From Octopus vulgaris (lineage: Eukaryota), in NCBI GenBank assembly GCA_951406725.2, contig OX597816.1:151218001-151282000 (forward strand): 64,000 nt of DNA. Direction: 5' to 3'. Below the pieces are notes generated by a model that was not told where the DNA came from, ran no database searches, and saw nothing but the letters and a program-made list of their open reading frames with translations. The position numbers were made by a program, and so were the translations under genes. Positions 27,328 through 40,691 of this stretch are shown one piece after another. Every line of letters begins with the position of its first letter. Position 1 is the first letter of the stretch.

Positions 27328-27719
27328 CTTTTCTACTCTAGGCACAAGGCCCGAAATTTTGGGGGAGCCAGTCGATCAGATCGACCTCAGCACGCAACTA
27401 GTATTTAATTTACCGACCCCGAAAGATGATAGGCAAAGTCGACCTCGGTGGAATTTGAACTCAGAAGTAAAGACAAACAAAATACCTATTTCTTTACTAC
27501 CCACAAGGGTCTAAACACAGAGGGGATAAACAAGGACAGACAAACGGATTAAGTCGATTACATCGACTCAGTGCGTAACTGGTACTTAATTTATCGACCC
27601 CGAAAGAATGAAAGGCAAAGTTGACCTCGGCGGAATTTGAACTCAGAACGTAATGGCAGACGAAATAGGACAACGCATTTCGCCCGGCGTGCTAACTTTT
27701 CTGCCAGCTCACCGCCTTA
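27328..27719 (-). mobile_element. tRNA-derived SINE with internal duplication and 17-bp TSD
   Basis: AACTCACGTAAAATATT at 27311-27327 and 27720-27736; minus-strand head GGCGGTGAGCTGGCAGAA; B-box-like GAGTTCAAATTCC occurs twice. Confidence 0.85.
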
Positions 27720-28215
27720 AACTCACGTAAAATATTGCCCATAACTTCGTGAAAATGTTTTCGTTTGGAAGATTAATTTAAATACAAGTTTTAAACATTA
27801 CTGACAACAGTACACATAGAAATATCACCAGTAGCAATGACAACAGACACAACCAAAGAGATAATAACCAGAGAAATGATAGGATAGAAAGTAGTACAAC
27901 AGGTATGATACTAACCCTTTTCATACCCTATTCATCAATCCACGTGATAAATCATACAATATGTGTTGTATTTATCCGACAACCCTACCCTTCAACAAAA
28001 GAGTTTGCATCCCTCAACAGACAAATGACGAAATAGAAAGGATGCTTTACCATAGCCAGTGCTAAGCTAAAGACAAACTTTAGAACAATATGCTAGTAGA
28101 CGGAGTGGTAGTGAGGCACAGTAACTCAACAAGAAGTTCGCAAGTAGCCTGTATAAGCTCATACAGTGCACAAAAATTAGGGAAGTAGAGTGCTTCCCCA
28201 CGGACAAGACCGGTA

Positions 28216-28370
28216 GGAGTGGCTGTGTGGTAAGTAACTTACCTACCAACAATATGGTTCTGGGTTCAGTCCCACTGCATGGAACTTTGGGCAAGTGTCT
28301 TCTACTATAGCTTGAGCTGATCAAAGCCTTGTGAGTGGATTTGGTAGACGGAAACTGAAAGAAGTCTGTC

Positions 28371-28414
<44 letters not shown>

Positions 28415-28625
28415 ATGTTTCTGTGTCCATCCCGCCAGCATCGCTTGACAATCGATGTTGGTATGTTTACGTCCCCGTAACTTAGCAGTTCGGCAAAAGA
28501 GACTGATAGAATAAGTACTAGGCTTAGAAAGAATAAGCCCTGGGGTTGATTCGTTCAACTAAAGGTGGTGCTCCAGCATAGCTGCAGTCAGATGACTGAA
28601 ACAAATGAAAGAAAGAGTAAAAGAA
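28216..28625 (+). mobile_element. tRNA-derived SINE with internal (TA)n; related copies at ~895-1060, 17170-17310, 49320-49690 and 57500-57790
   Basis: TGGCTGTGTGGTAAG...GGTTCAGTCCC A/B boxes; shared body ttgggcaagtgtcttctactatagc. Confidence 0.8.
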
Positions 28626-28649
28626 AGACATCCTGCTGAACTACATCCA

Positions 28650-29372
28650 AGCACCACATCACCACAGAAGTATGAGGAGAGAGAGAAGATCCTCAATGCT
28701 CACAATAATGACATCCTCACACTGTATGGGCTCTGCAAGGACCATAAGGCAACCACTGACCGAGTAACAGGACCACCAACAAGACCAGTCTGCAGAGCCA
28801 ATGTTGTCAACAACTACCAGATCTCCTACTTCCTCTCTGTGATCATATACCTTCTGATCGAAATGTCCCCGGATGTGTGTGGCAGCACAGAGGACCTCCC
28901 CAGCAGAATCAATGACTGCAACCATGCCTATAACCTGAAGGGATGCATAATATGCAGTATGGACGTAGTATCCTTATACCCATCCATTGATGTTGATTTT
29001 GTTGTGGAGAAATGTGTGGAGGTGATCAGCGAGAGTGATGTGGAGTTTCATGGTGTTGACACTGAGATTGACATGTGACAATGGTTACTTAGATACACTA
29101 GATCGGTAAGAGGTAGATCCGCCCCCTACTATAATTTCTATGGCCAGGAAGACACCTAGAGGGAGATGGAACTGGTGGACCAGAGCTATATAGACCCTCG
29201 AAAACGATGATCAGGTTAAAAAGACGGTCGCACATATGATGGGTGTGAGTACTAAGATCACAAGCATTTTATAGTTGGGATACCCAGCACTACCAAGAGG
29301 AAGGTATAGCCATCAGTGTAAGTATTGCTGGCGATGTGGCTAACCTATTTATGGTATTGTGGGATAGGAGAT
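28650..29372 (+). mobile_element. Penelope-like element RT fragment (degenerate)
   Basis: LYGLCKDHK...PPTRPVC, STEDL, SMDVVSLYPSID and IAGDVANLFMVLWDR motifs. Confidence 0.75.
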
Positions 29373-32300
29373 TGTCGTTGTTGTTTAATGTCCACTTTCC
29401 ATGCTGGCATGGGTTTGACTGGGGGCTAGCGAGCCAGAAGGGCTTGTTATGCTGCAATGGCATAGGCCACAGTTACGGTCTCACTTGGTTTGCATATCAC
29501 CAACTGTCTTGGTCACTTGTCACAGCATTATTGGAACCCAATGTATGTAGAACTGCATTCCTAGCGAAAATAGTTCTCCAAACATTGACCAGTCATTAAT
29601 CCTGATGACTTCTGGCCAACCAGAAAATGCATTAACAAATCAACATAAGTACATAACCATTTGTGTACACATGATCATTGCTTTTCTTCAATTGACCAAG
29701 TATGCTCAGTAACTTTTGGTATGGGTTAAATTTGACATTTAGAGCAGTTTCAAACAATTTTCAACATCATTACAATATCCAGAACACCAGGCTTCTAGCC
29801 ACAGTCTACTTGTAGTAGTTATAGGCTCCACAATGATCATCTTTGTGTACAGCTTTTCTGAAAATTTGTCGCAACACCACAGGAACAATAGCCTTGTGTC
29901 TTCATCTAATCAATTGATTTTGAATAGATGAAAGCCAAAATTTACCTGGTTCAATTTGTAATTAGGGTCCAGAAGGATACCAACTACTGTAAAATATTTT
30001 AGTTCAGATTCTTCCGTCTCCACTAATAGAAATATTAATTATTTATGTTAGTAAAAAAAGCTACAAATGAATCAACCAGGATATGACTAGTATGTATTTT
30101 ATCAATCTCAGACAAATTCAGCAGAATTTGAATAGAGACATAACTAAATGCAGCAGTCTACTGTTTCTGCTACTCTAGCATTTTGGAATAAGAAGATATG
30201 CTCTTGGGATGAAGCATGAAAAAATCTTAGTTAATCCTAAATTAACATTAAAACAATTTCTGCAGCAAGAAGCAAATTTCATACTATCCAAGATTCAAAG
30301 CAAATAATTTTCTTAATACTTCATTAATTTCTTTGATAATTTACAAATAAAACTTTATCTTCAACTCTAATGGTATACGTGAAACTATTCTTTCCTTTTA
30401 GTGTATATAAAACTGTATTATTTGAAGTAAAATAATTAAATATTTCGTATTTGGATTTGGTTTGCATGATTCTTTATGTGAGTTCATGTGTTAAAGCATA
30501 TTCTCTTGTGTCTGGAGAGAGAAGGTTGCAAGACATAACAAAAAGTTTTAGAAAAATAAATGAGTGGAAATTTTACTGGTGAGTGTGTTAAATTATAAGG
30601 CACTAAAAGAGAATGACTCTTCCCAGACACAACAGAATTAACAATTAACTCTACTAATTTGCCGTTGTTATCATCATCATCGTAATTCGTCGTTGTTTTA
30701 TATTTTAGATAAAAAAAGTCTGGGAAAAAGTGGTCCCATCCCAATCTATATACAGCAACTACCTTCTGGATAGTCATCGTAAGTATTATAAAATATTTAT
30801 TTCATTCTATACATGTTACACGTGCTCATTTTTATAGTTTGGCAATCTTTGTCACTTTATTCAAAGTAATAAAAAATAGAGACATAAGTGATTTTGATTA
30901 AAATTTTACTAACAACAAATTCATGAGCTTAAAATATTATATATCCATTGTATTATGTCCCAGGATTAGTTATATCACTAGAAGACTTTACTGAGCTGAA
31001 AACTAAATGGTATAGTTGTATGGTCAATGGTTGGAAAGCCATTGAAATAGTTGCATAAGTATTATTCAATATTTTTTGTTTCTAATACATACATTTTATA
31101 ACAAGCTAGCAGTGTAAAGGTCTGTAAAGTAGTCTTTTACAATAATTGTGTTTTGCTACCTCTGTTTGTCAGACTCATTATATCCATCCAACCAACTCAC
31201 CAAAGGATACACTTTTTGTCACATATGTTTACATGGTTCATAGCTTTAAATATCCACTTCAGTGTATGCGAAATTAATGAAGCTGTGGGATTCAAATTTT
31301 GGGAGGGAGTAAAAATAATTTTATTTTTAATTGCTTTTCTTTTACAATTTATTGGAGTATGCAGGTAATCTGTCTTAAGCATGCTATGAACTACTTGTTT
31401 TAGGACAAACAAAAACAATAGAAACACATTGGTACAGATATGGTTCATAGCAACATGATTTTTTCAGCTATAATACTTAATAGTATTTGAATACATTTGA
31501 AACTACTATTTAATGAAAAACTTTTTTGTTTTTATGTAACCTTTTGGTAATATTGAGTCAGATATTTCTTCCAGTTACAGAATGGAGGGGTAAGCACGTT
31601 TCATTCTTCTCATCCATACCTATTATACTTCCATGTTCTCATTGAGAGCAGGATTTTTTTCACTTTGCTGTGAAAAAATATCAAATGAAAAGGACTTACA
31701 GAAACACTGATATCGGTATTAAGTTGTCTAATATCTAATTAATGCAGTGAAATCCTATTCTAATGAGCTATAACTTATATACTAGATTCTTCCAATCATT
31801 AAATAGAAAGTGAAAGAAAAACTTATTTTTCTTTGTATCTATTGAGTGCTCTTCTCAATTCAATCTATTTTCTATGATCTTTTAAAATTGGGTAACACAA
31901 AGAACTTCACAGACTATTGCTACAAGATATTTTCATGACTGCATAAGTAAATTAATGTGGCCAAAATTTGTAAGTGTAGAAAAAATTTGGGGGAATATTT
32001 AGATTGTAATAGGTCTTCCAGTCTTAACAGGTCACAAACTATAATGCATGAAGTTAGCAATTATGCAAATATCACTTTGAGAGGATTTAATTAATTTTAT
32101 GTTGGGTGTGTAAGAAAAATCCAAAAGCTAGCTTGGTTATAGATGAGCTGAAAATATATATGAGAAAAAACAAACAGATTTGATATCTGAAGCATTAATC
32201 ATCATTTTAGCTTCTATTTAACATATTTTTTATGTCATCTCCGTGAGGTTTAACTTTTTCAAGTTCTTGCTTAGATTTTTCTTGGGTCGATACCTTCTAC

Positions 32301-33020
32301 CATCAACTTATGGCACTTCAGATAAATTACATTGTTCAGATCATAAATCAACCTGAACTTTGGCCAGGGGACTATTTACCACCATTGTCAGCTACAATAA
32401 CACTTGTATCATTACTGCCACCACCACCACCCTACTATCATTCATATTACCCCTGATCAAGAGAACCATTATCCAGTCACTCATCCTGCTAAAAATAGTT
32501 GTCATATCTCCCTCAAATTGCACCTTATCATCTATAATAATAAAAGCAAACTCCTGTGTCCATCTTGGACCCCTGTATCTACATTTGCTGTATGTACAGC
32601 AAATGTAGACCCCGCCTACATTTGCTGTACATACAAATATTATACCTTTTTGAGGTTAATGTTGACATTATTACCTGGAAACGAAATCGAAAAAAAAAAT
32701 AATGCAATGGGTGTAAAAAAACAAAGATGTAGAAAACGAATATGGAAACAAAAATGCGCGGAAAGCAACAAGGGGGTGGGGAGAGAACTTCAGAAAATTC
32801 ACAAGATCTGAATTTTTCCCTCATAACTTTTAGGAAAATGGGTTTTTTTTAAAATGAAATTTTATATAAATACCTTTCAAACGGCAAAATGCAATTAACA
32901 ATATGAACAAATTACCTTCAAGTCTATGATGCAATACCGCATAAAAATTCAATGCGCACGGTTTATGTCGCAGGGATACTCCAAGTAATTTATCATTAAC
33001 AACAAGGTGAAACATTTTCA

Positions 33021-33734
33021 GATCTTTTCGGTTTGAACGTCAGTTTTTTAAAATAATTTCTATGTAACTAAAAAATTTTAAACTTCGTATACTGGTAGAA
33101 TGTGTTTATAAAACATCTTTTTCTCTTGGCTTTCTTGAGAAAATTCTATAGTTTGCAAGATATTTGGTCTTTAATTTCTTGCATTTCGGCAATTTCAACC
33201 AATCAATGACGTTTATTGAGGTGAAAACTATTTCTGTTGTAACATTTTATGGTAGCGTCATATGAAAATGTCCCTGTTTTTTATGAGAAAAAAAGATACC
33301 CTGTGGCCATGAACTGAAGGGTCACTCGTAAACAGAGCTGGATAACAAAACCGTTCCCTCTTTAGTGTCCACCCATAGTTATGACCCTAGTATCGATCTA
33401 TTGCATTTCAATCTGTTTTAGGGTTAGGGGTGGGGGGAAGGATATCTATTTTTTTCTTCAGAAATGTAAATAAACCCAATCTGTTTCTTAAACGAGGGAC
33501 ATTTTCATATTTCACCGCCAGAACATTTTACGGCAGATGTTTTCACCTCAATAGACGTCATTGATTGGTTGAAATTACCAAAACTGAAGAAAATATCTTA
33601 CAAATTACAGAATTTTCTCAAGAAAGCCAAGAGAAAAAATATTTTATAAACACATTCTACCAGTATGAGAAGTTTAAAAGTGTTTAGTTACATAGAAATT
33701 ATTTTTAAAAAATACCGTTCAAACCGAAAAGATC
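33021..33734. mobile_element. Foldback-type MITE with ~250-bp terminal inverted repeats
   Basis: gatcttttcggtttgaacg...gaggtgaaaac is mirrored by gttttcacctc...cgttcaaaccgaaaagatc. Confidence 0.85.
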
Positions 33735-33879
33735 CGGAATATCTTTTATCGGCGTAGATACAAAAATTCAATTCGAAAATAACTGCTCAGTAAAGTGGCA
33801 ATCCAAGATAAAGCTCTGAAACTTGGGGTGCCTGGAAATGACAAACTTTTCAAAACAAGCATTTCATAGTTGGGATACC

Positions 33880-34239
33880 CAGCGCTGGATTAACCACGAA
33901 GCTTAGGGGGTACCACAGAAATGGTAAATGGTTTACGGCACAAAAGAAATCACTTTAAACTTGCTGAAATAATATTCGGAATGCCTTTATCTCTAAGTAT
34001 AGATGCTGATGTGTTACCTAAGATTAATTTTGAGGATGTAGGAGAAAACTTTTCAAATATAAATAAAGTAAAACTATACAAAAATAAACATTTTCCCTCT
34101 TACTGTTTTATTTCGTTTCGAAAAATAAAAAATTATTTTATGGTTTGTTATTGTTTATATTTTGAATTACATAAGTTTTTATGAGGGCACCAAAATCTTT
34201 TAAGTGCTTAGGGCCTCGATAGGTCTTAATCCAGTTCTG
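33880..34239. mobile_element. hAT-type MITE
   Basis: 8-bp TSD GGGATACC on both sides; TIRs CAGCGCTGGATTAA / TTAATCCAGTTCTG. Confidence 0.8.
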
Positions 34240-34589
34240 GGGATACCTCGTTTCTTTTCTTTCTTCTAATGAAATTAAAATCTAAGGTGTTCGAGCATTT
34301 TAGGCAGAATAAAAATATTTATTATTTTCAAATTAAGGGTGAGGAAAATGTACGAGTGCAAAAGAATACCTTCCATAACTTATTAAGCAACACAAGAAAA
34401 TTCACATTTTCTTTTACAAAACACCAGACTTCTTGGTGTTTTAATTATGTATTATTACTTTAGAATTACAATGAATTTTAAACAGTTGGCATTCCGAAAA
34501 TGTTAGTGCAAATGATTTGGCTTCTATGAATAGCTTTTCAATAAGAAATTATAGGCCCTCATGTTGAGTCGTACAGAAAAGAGAAGTAG

Positions 34590-34763
34590 GTTCAATATCG
34601 AAACTCGAACCCCGTATCTAACACTTGTCAGACAGCCGTGTGTAACCTATTCATCAACAGAATGCCTGTAATGCAGTCGATAACGCGGTTGGGTTAATTC
34701 CTGGTTTTTGCCTCAATTTTGTTTCTTCTATCTCATATCATTTTGCGTTATACATCTTAGCAG
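34590..34763 (+). promoter_or_regulatory. Candidate promoter and non-coding first exon upstream of the THAP exons
   Basis: CpG-rich patch ending in a consensus donor CAG|gtaaat at 34763; candidate acceptors cggcag| lie 20 nt before each THAP ATG. Confidence 0.45.
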
Positions 34764-35199
34764 GTAAATTTTCGAAGATTAAAAATGACAATTGTAAACT
34801 TCAGAGCTCTTTTTTCTTTATTCACTAAAGAAATCCGAATTGCTTGATGTTATTTAATTTGTTGCAGCCGTGACAACTAAGGAAAGCTATATCAGTGTAG
34901 TAAATTTCCTTCCTCGATATATTTTGTTAACTAACCAAGCATTTACCTACACGATACCTATTTGATTATAATTTGTATTCCGTAACTTAGCTCACCGACA
35001 GTCACGTGATACACTTATTGCCTTCCATACTTTATGCTTAGCACCGCTACACAAAAAAATCTGTTATTTAATACTTATAAGGCAACAATGTTGTTATCTC
35101 ACTTTTATATTCATTGGAAACAACCAGTCTCCAACTTAGGACATTTTCTCAACTTTCATAATGTTTTAAAATACGGCAGGGTTTGAATGAATTTCCATT

Positions 35200-35452
35200 A
35201 TGCCGTCTGACTGTATTGTTAAAGGCTGTCACTCGAGCAGTCGTATAGACAAGTCAATAACATTTTTTCTACTACCTTGGGACAACATACAGCTCCGAAC
35301 AATCTGGGTTAGATTGGCCGGTTACGACCCCCTCGATGCCAACGACGTGAAGCACATAACTAGGGAGCATAGCATTTGTAGTCTCCATTTTGTTGATAAC
35401 CAGAATAACTTACTGCACAGCAGCATTCCGACTCTGAATCTTCCTATCCAAG
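35200..35452 (+). CDS. THAP zinc-finger first coding exon, copy 1
   Basis: C5-x4-C10...P26...W36...C60-x2-H63-F64...IPTL (AVPTIF box); in-frame stop just upstream; phase-1 donor AAG|gtacga. Confidence 0.88.
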
Positions 35453-36329
35453 GTACGATTGTTTATTCCCTAGCTTCGTTAAAACACAAACTCATGCTCG
35501 TAAACGAGTTAATCTATATTTATGTTTCGTTAACTTTCTATTACTAAATTGTATATTCTCCTTGTTTTGTGGGCGCGGAGGAATTTTTTCTTCGACGTCT
35601 CCGTACGAACTTATTTAACTAAGGGGATTATTTTGGAGCGGCACCGATTGAAGTGAGTCTTAAGTTTTGTCTTTTGAGCATAATGGGACGTAACCCAACT
35701 CTTCTAACAACATTAAATTTGTTTTTCCTTGAGGTAAAATAAGGCGTTTATTATTCCAACAGAAATGTAAAATAGAAATTATTACGTGAATGTTCATTAA
35801 CTAATATTTTTGATTGACGATCTTTGAATATGACGTACCCATTTCATTTCATGTTCAAGATGAAATATAAATTTGAGCGATGTTGCAGTATAAAGTACCC
35901 TTTTCACTTTCACAAAACTCGTTATTACTTGACTAGCTAAGCACCGAACTGCGTAAACAACGTTCAACATATTGAATGGGTGAAGCACGTATTCACTGCA
36001 TGACTTGTGAAGAGAAATATCAGTGTAGTAAATTTCCTTCCTCGATATATTTTGTTAACTAACCAAGCATTTACCTACACGATACCTATTTGATTATAAT
36101 TTGTATTCCGTAACTTAGCTCACCGACAGTCACGTGATACACTTATTGCCTTCCATACTTTATGCTTAGCTCCGCTACACAAAAAAAAATCTGTTATTTA
36201 ATACTTATAAGGTAACAATGTTGTTATCTCACTTTTATATTCATTGGAAACAACCAGTCTCCAACTTTGGACATTTTCTCAACTTTCATAATGTTTTAAA
36301 ATGCGGCAGGGTTTGAATGAATTGTTATT

Positions 36330-36582
36330 ATGCCGTCTAACTGTATTGTTAAAGGCTGTCACTCGAGCAGTCGTATAGACAAGTCAGTAACATTTTTTCT
36401 ACTACCTTGGGACAACATACAGCTCCGAACAATCTGGGTTAGATTGGCCGGTTACGACCCCCTCGATGCCAACGACGTGAAGCACATAACTAGGGAGCAT
36501 AGCATTTGTAGTCTCCATTTTGTTGATAACCAGAATGACTTACTGCACAGCAGCATTCCGACTCTGAATCTTCCAATCCAAG
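36330..36582 (+). CDS. THAP zinc-finger first coding exon, copy 2
   Basis: Same C2CH/PWF signature and phase-1 donor; differs from copy 1 by D4N, I20V and N70D. Confidence 0.85.
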
Positions 36583-38974
36583 GTACGATTGTTTATTCCC
36601 TAGCTTCGTTAAAACACAAACTCATGCTCGTAAACGAGTTAATCTATATTTTTGTTTCGTTAACTTTCTATTACTAAATTGTATATTCTCCTTGTTTTGT
36701 GGGCGCGGAGGAATTTTTTCTTCGACGTCTCCGTACGAACTTATTTATCTAAGGGGATTTTTTTGGAGCGGCACCGATTGAAATGAGTCTTAAGTTTCGT
36801 CTTTTGAGCATAATGGGACGTAACCCAACTCTTCTAACACCATTAAATTTGTTTTTCCTTGAGGTAAAATAAGGCGTTTATTATTCCAACAGAAATGTAA
36901 AATAGAAATTATTACGTGAATGTTCATTAACTAATATTTTTGATTGACGATCTTTGAATATAACGTACCCATTTCATTTTTTAAAAGTTCAGTTTTGACA
37001 GTCGGCTGCCAATTATTCGTAGTGTATTGCAAAAAACCTTTCTATTTCAAAGTTTTGATGTAATTTCATCAGTTTTCAGAATATTTTATTTCATGTTCAA
37101 GATGACATATAAATTTGAGCGATGTTGCAGTATAAAGTACCATTTTCACTTTCACAAAACTCGTTATTACTTGACTAGCTAAGCACCGAACTGCGTAAAC
37201 AACGTTCAACATATTGAATGGGTGAAGCGCGTATTCACTGCATGACTTGTGAAGAGAAACTCGATATTTCGCAGCCTTTTAGTGTTGTTTGTAAGAAAAG
37301 GGCATATTGCAATTTGCAAAATATGCCCGTGATGGCGTGCAGTTGGATATCGTTTATTGTTTCAGTAAGAAAAATGTATTTTTTTCTATAAAAGCAGTGG
37401 GTTTTTTGAGTTGCTGCTATTGATTTAAATGAATACCTATAACTAAATAATATAAAGTAGACAAAACCAGAATAATTAAAGACTTGTATGTTTCTGTATT
37501 TGCTACTGGGTTCAGAGGACCCAACTGTTACCGGTGGATTCAATTTAACGAAACGAAATATTTCCACAAAGTATGCAAGAGTCTAATTGAGAGGGTGTCA
37601 TTGGAGTTGCGAAGAAATGTTTTCTAGAAGTACTACATAACCGGAAAACACACTGTTGAATATTATAGGAAATAAAATTGCTCATAAGCGTTCGTATGTA
37701 AGAATGTCATTATGACATGCATTTAATTACTGCATTGTGGATCACGGTAGGAACTTTCATCAATACTGCTAACCGTCAAGTATGTTCCCCAGTTAATGAC
37801 TCAAAAATGATCTCATGTCAAGAAATAATTGAAGCAGGTGAATTTGGAAAACTTTTCAGTAGTTACTAAAACATGTCATTGCAAATTGTAAAATAGTGAT
37901 GTAGCGTAGGGTGCGCGAATAGCACAGGGTGACCAATTAAATATACTTGTTTGCTGTAGGCAATTAAGGACGGGGACGGCCAATTTGGCTACTGTACAGA
38001 GCTGTTGAAGAGATCTGCAGTTGCCAAACTGGTATCAACAAACGTGAAAGTGACACACTGTACTCAGAGAATGCCTTTTTTGCCTGGATGTGGATATCTG
38101 CCTTCATATTTCAGCATTAAATAATTATAAAGTATTGGGGATTGAAATGAAATGATAGGATCCATATTGTACTGTAGAGATATGACTTGCTCAGAAGGCA
38201 ATTTCTTAGATGTCACTTGTATACATAAATAGAATTTTGGTATAAGAAAATAAAATACAATATTTCATTATATAGTGGGAAATTCCTCATGGAAATTATC
38301 AAAACATCTACAACTTTAAGAAGGTTATGTGTTTGATAAATAGTTATTGGTCTGACAAAATAAGATGGCAATATACACAAGAAAGAAAAATAGGATATAA
38401 GAGAGGCTTGATAATGGATGGTAAATATGAATATATTGCTTAATGTGGGGTGCAGCAAAATCATGCAATTGATCTAATTTTAAATAAAGAAAGCACACAG
38501 TAAAAGCACTCTTGTATAGTAATGTGGTCCAAGATTAATTGATACTGCTTATATGGCAACAAGAAAATGTAAATAGCTCTTCCTAGAACCTTGAGCTTGT
38601 ACTTTTTCCCAAACAGGAATTTCTCCCAGTGACACACATATTGCACATAGTTGTTTAAATATACTTCAGCATTTAGAAAAATTTCTATTCATATCATATA
38701 CTAGGTTTCAAACTTGAAACTACTCTTTCATCCTATAATTATATGAATGTGCCTGAATTGGAATCAAATAAAAATGGAATTTGGTATAGTCAGCTTGTTA
38801 ACTGTCACTCCTTTGGAATTTCTCATGCATAAACTGGTGTTATTTCTTTAGATAAACTTTTACAATGCTAATGTTGTAAATCACACTTAATTGTTAAAAT
38901 ATCACCAGTTTTATTTCACTGTTCATTTGTGTGTATGTATGTATATATATATATATATATAAATATATATATAT

Positions 38975-39538
38975 ATCATCATTGTCCGCTTTCCATGCTG
39001 CTATGGGTTGGACGGTTTGACTGAAGACTGGCAAGCCAGGAGGCTGCACCAGGTTCCAATCTGATCTTGCAAGGTTTCTACAGCTAGATGCCCCTTCCTA
39101 ACGCCAACCACTCTGAGAGTGTAGTAGATGCATTTTACATGCCACTGGCACGGGAGCCAGTCAGGCGAATCTGACTGGCTCCTGTGCTCGATGCCAGTAG
39201 CCTCTGACTGGTTCGTTTGCCGTGGCACATAAAATGCACCATCTAAATGTGGCCGATGCCAGTACTCCCTGACTGGCCCGTGTGCCAGTGGAACATAAAA
39301 AGCACTATCCGAACGTGATCGATGCCAGGTCCGCTTGACTGGCTTCTGTGCCAGTGGCACATAAAACGCACCCACTAAACTCTCGAAGTGATTGGCATTA
39401 GGAAGGGCATGTAGTTTAGCAGTAGAAACATTGCCAGATCAGATTGGAGTCTGGTGCAGCCACTAGCTCTCCTGGCCTCAGTCAAACCATCCAATCTATG
39501 CCAGCATGGAAAATGGATGTTAAACAATGATGATGATG
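38975..39538. mobile_element. Head-to-head pair of RTE-tail elements forming an inverted repeat
   Basis: Minus-strand tail with (CAT)n on the left and plus-strand tail with (GAT)n on the right. Confidence 0.75.
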
Positions 39539-40060
39539 TATATTTTTATTAATATTTAGCAACAGTGACTCAAAGTTCAAAAGTTTCGTGTATCAGGACA
39601 TATATATATATACATACATACATACATCCTGTACACGCGCACACACACACACACACACACACGTGTGTTTCACCTGACAAAGCAGATGACAGAAGGTCAT
39701 ATCAACTGATGGTTCTACAGAAGATCTGACTTCGTGCACAAACTCTGCATACACACCTCCCTTGTCTATTGTTTTGTGCATGCATCCATCTATGTTTATT
39801 GTCCACTCTATACCTTTAGGATACATTATTACTGCTCAAATTGATGATATAGGACTTGATAGGTTGCCTTTTCTTACTCAAGACAAGGCAACCTCTATAA
39901 TTATAAAGCTCTCAATACTATCTGGTTTAGGAAGGACATCCTACCATAAAAACCATGCCAAAAGTGAGACATTGGAGCAAAGCATTGTCCTTCAACTAGT
40001 TAAATCTTCTCAAACTGTCCTACCCATGCTAGCATGGAAAATGATGATATATCTCTATAT

Positions 40061-40691
40061 ATCATCATCATCGTTTAACGTCCATTCTCCATGCTAGCAT
40101 GGGTTGGACGGTTCGACCGGGGATTTGGGAAGCCAGAAGGCTGCACCAGGCTCCAGTCTTGTCTGGCAGTGTTTCTACACTGGATGCCATTCCTAATGCC
40201 AACCACTCCTTAAGTGTAGTGGGTGATTTTTATGTGCCACCTGCACAGGTGCCAGGCGAGGCTGGCAACAGCCACGGTCGGACTGGTGCATTTTACGTGC
40301 CACCGGCACGGAAGCCAGTCGAGGTGGCACTGGCATCGGCCATGATTCGGATGGTGCTTTTTACGTGCCACCAGCACGGAAGCCAGTCGAGGCGGCGCTG
40401 GCATCGGCCACGATTCGGATAGTGCTTTTTACGTACCACCAGTCCAGGGGTCCTGGCATCTGCCAGGTGCCAGTCATAGGATTGGTTCAATTTCGATTTC
40501 ACTTGCCCCAACAGGTCTTCGCAAGCAAAGTGGGGTTGGCATGGGTGCCTGTCGTCGGATGAGATTCGATATCGACTTCGCTTGCCTCAACAGGTCTTTG
40601 TGTGTCCAAGGGAGGAAAGGCATGCATAAGTGGGCTGGACTCACTTGTCCTGCCTGGTCTTCTCACGCACAGCATATTTCCAAAGGTCTCG
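40061..40691 (-). mobile_element. RTE LINE 3' fragment of the same family as 2198-4316
   Basis: Reverse complement reads LWKYAVREKTRQDK* followed by 3' UTR and (GAT)n. Confidence 0.85.

Larger units (their letters stand above)
34888..37258 (+). repeat. Tandem duplication (~1.13 kb + ~1.24 kb units), each unit carrying a THAP exon
   Basis: atatcagtgtagtaaatttcc starts at ~34888 and ~36018; the units are near-identical, but unit 1 lacks ~110 bp present at ~36978-37087. Confidence 0.93.
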
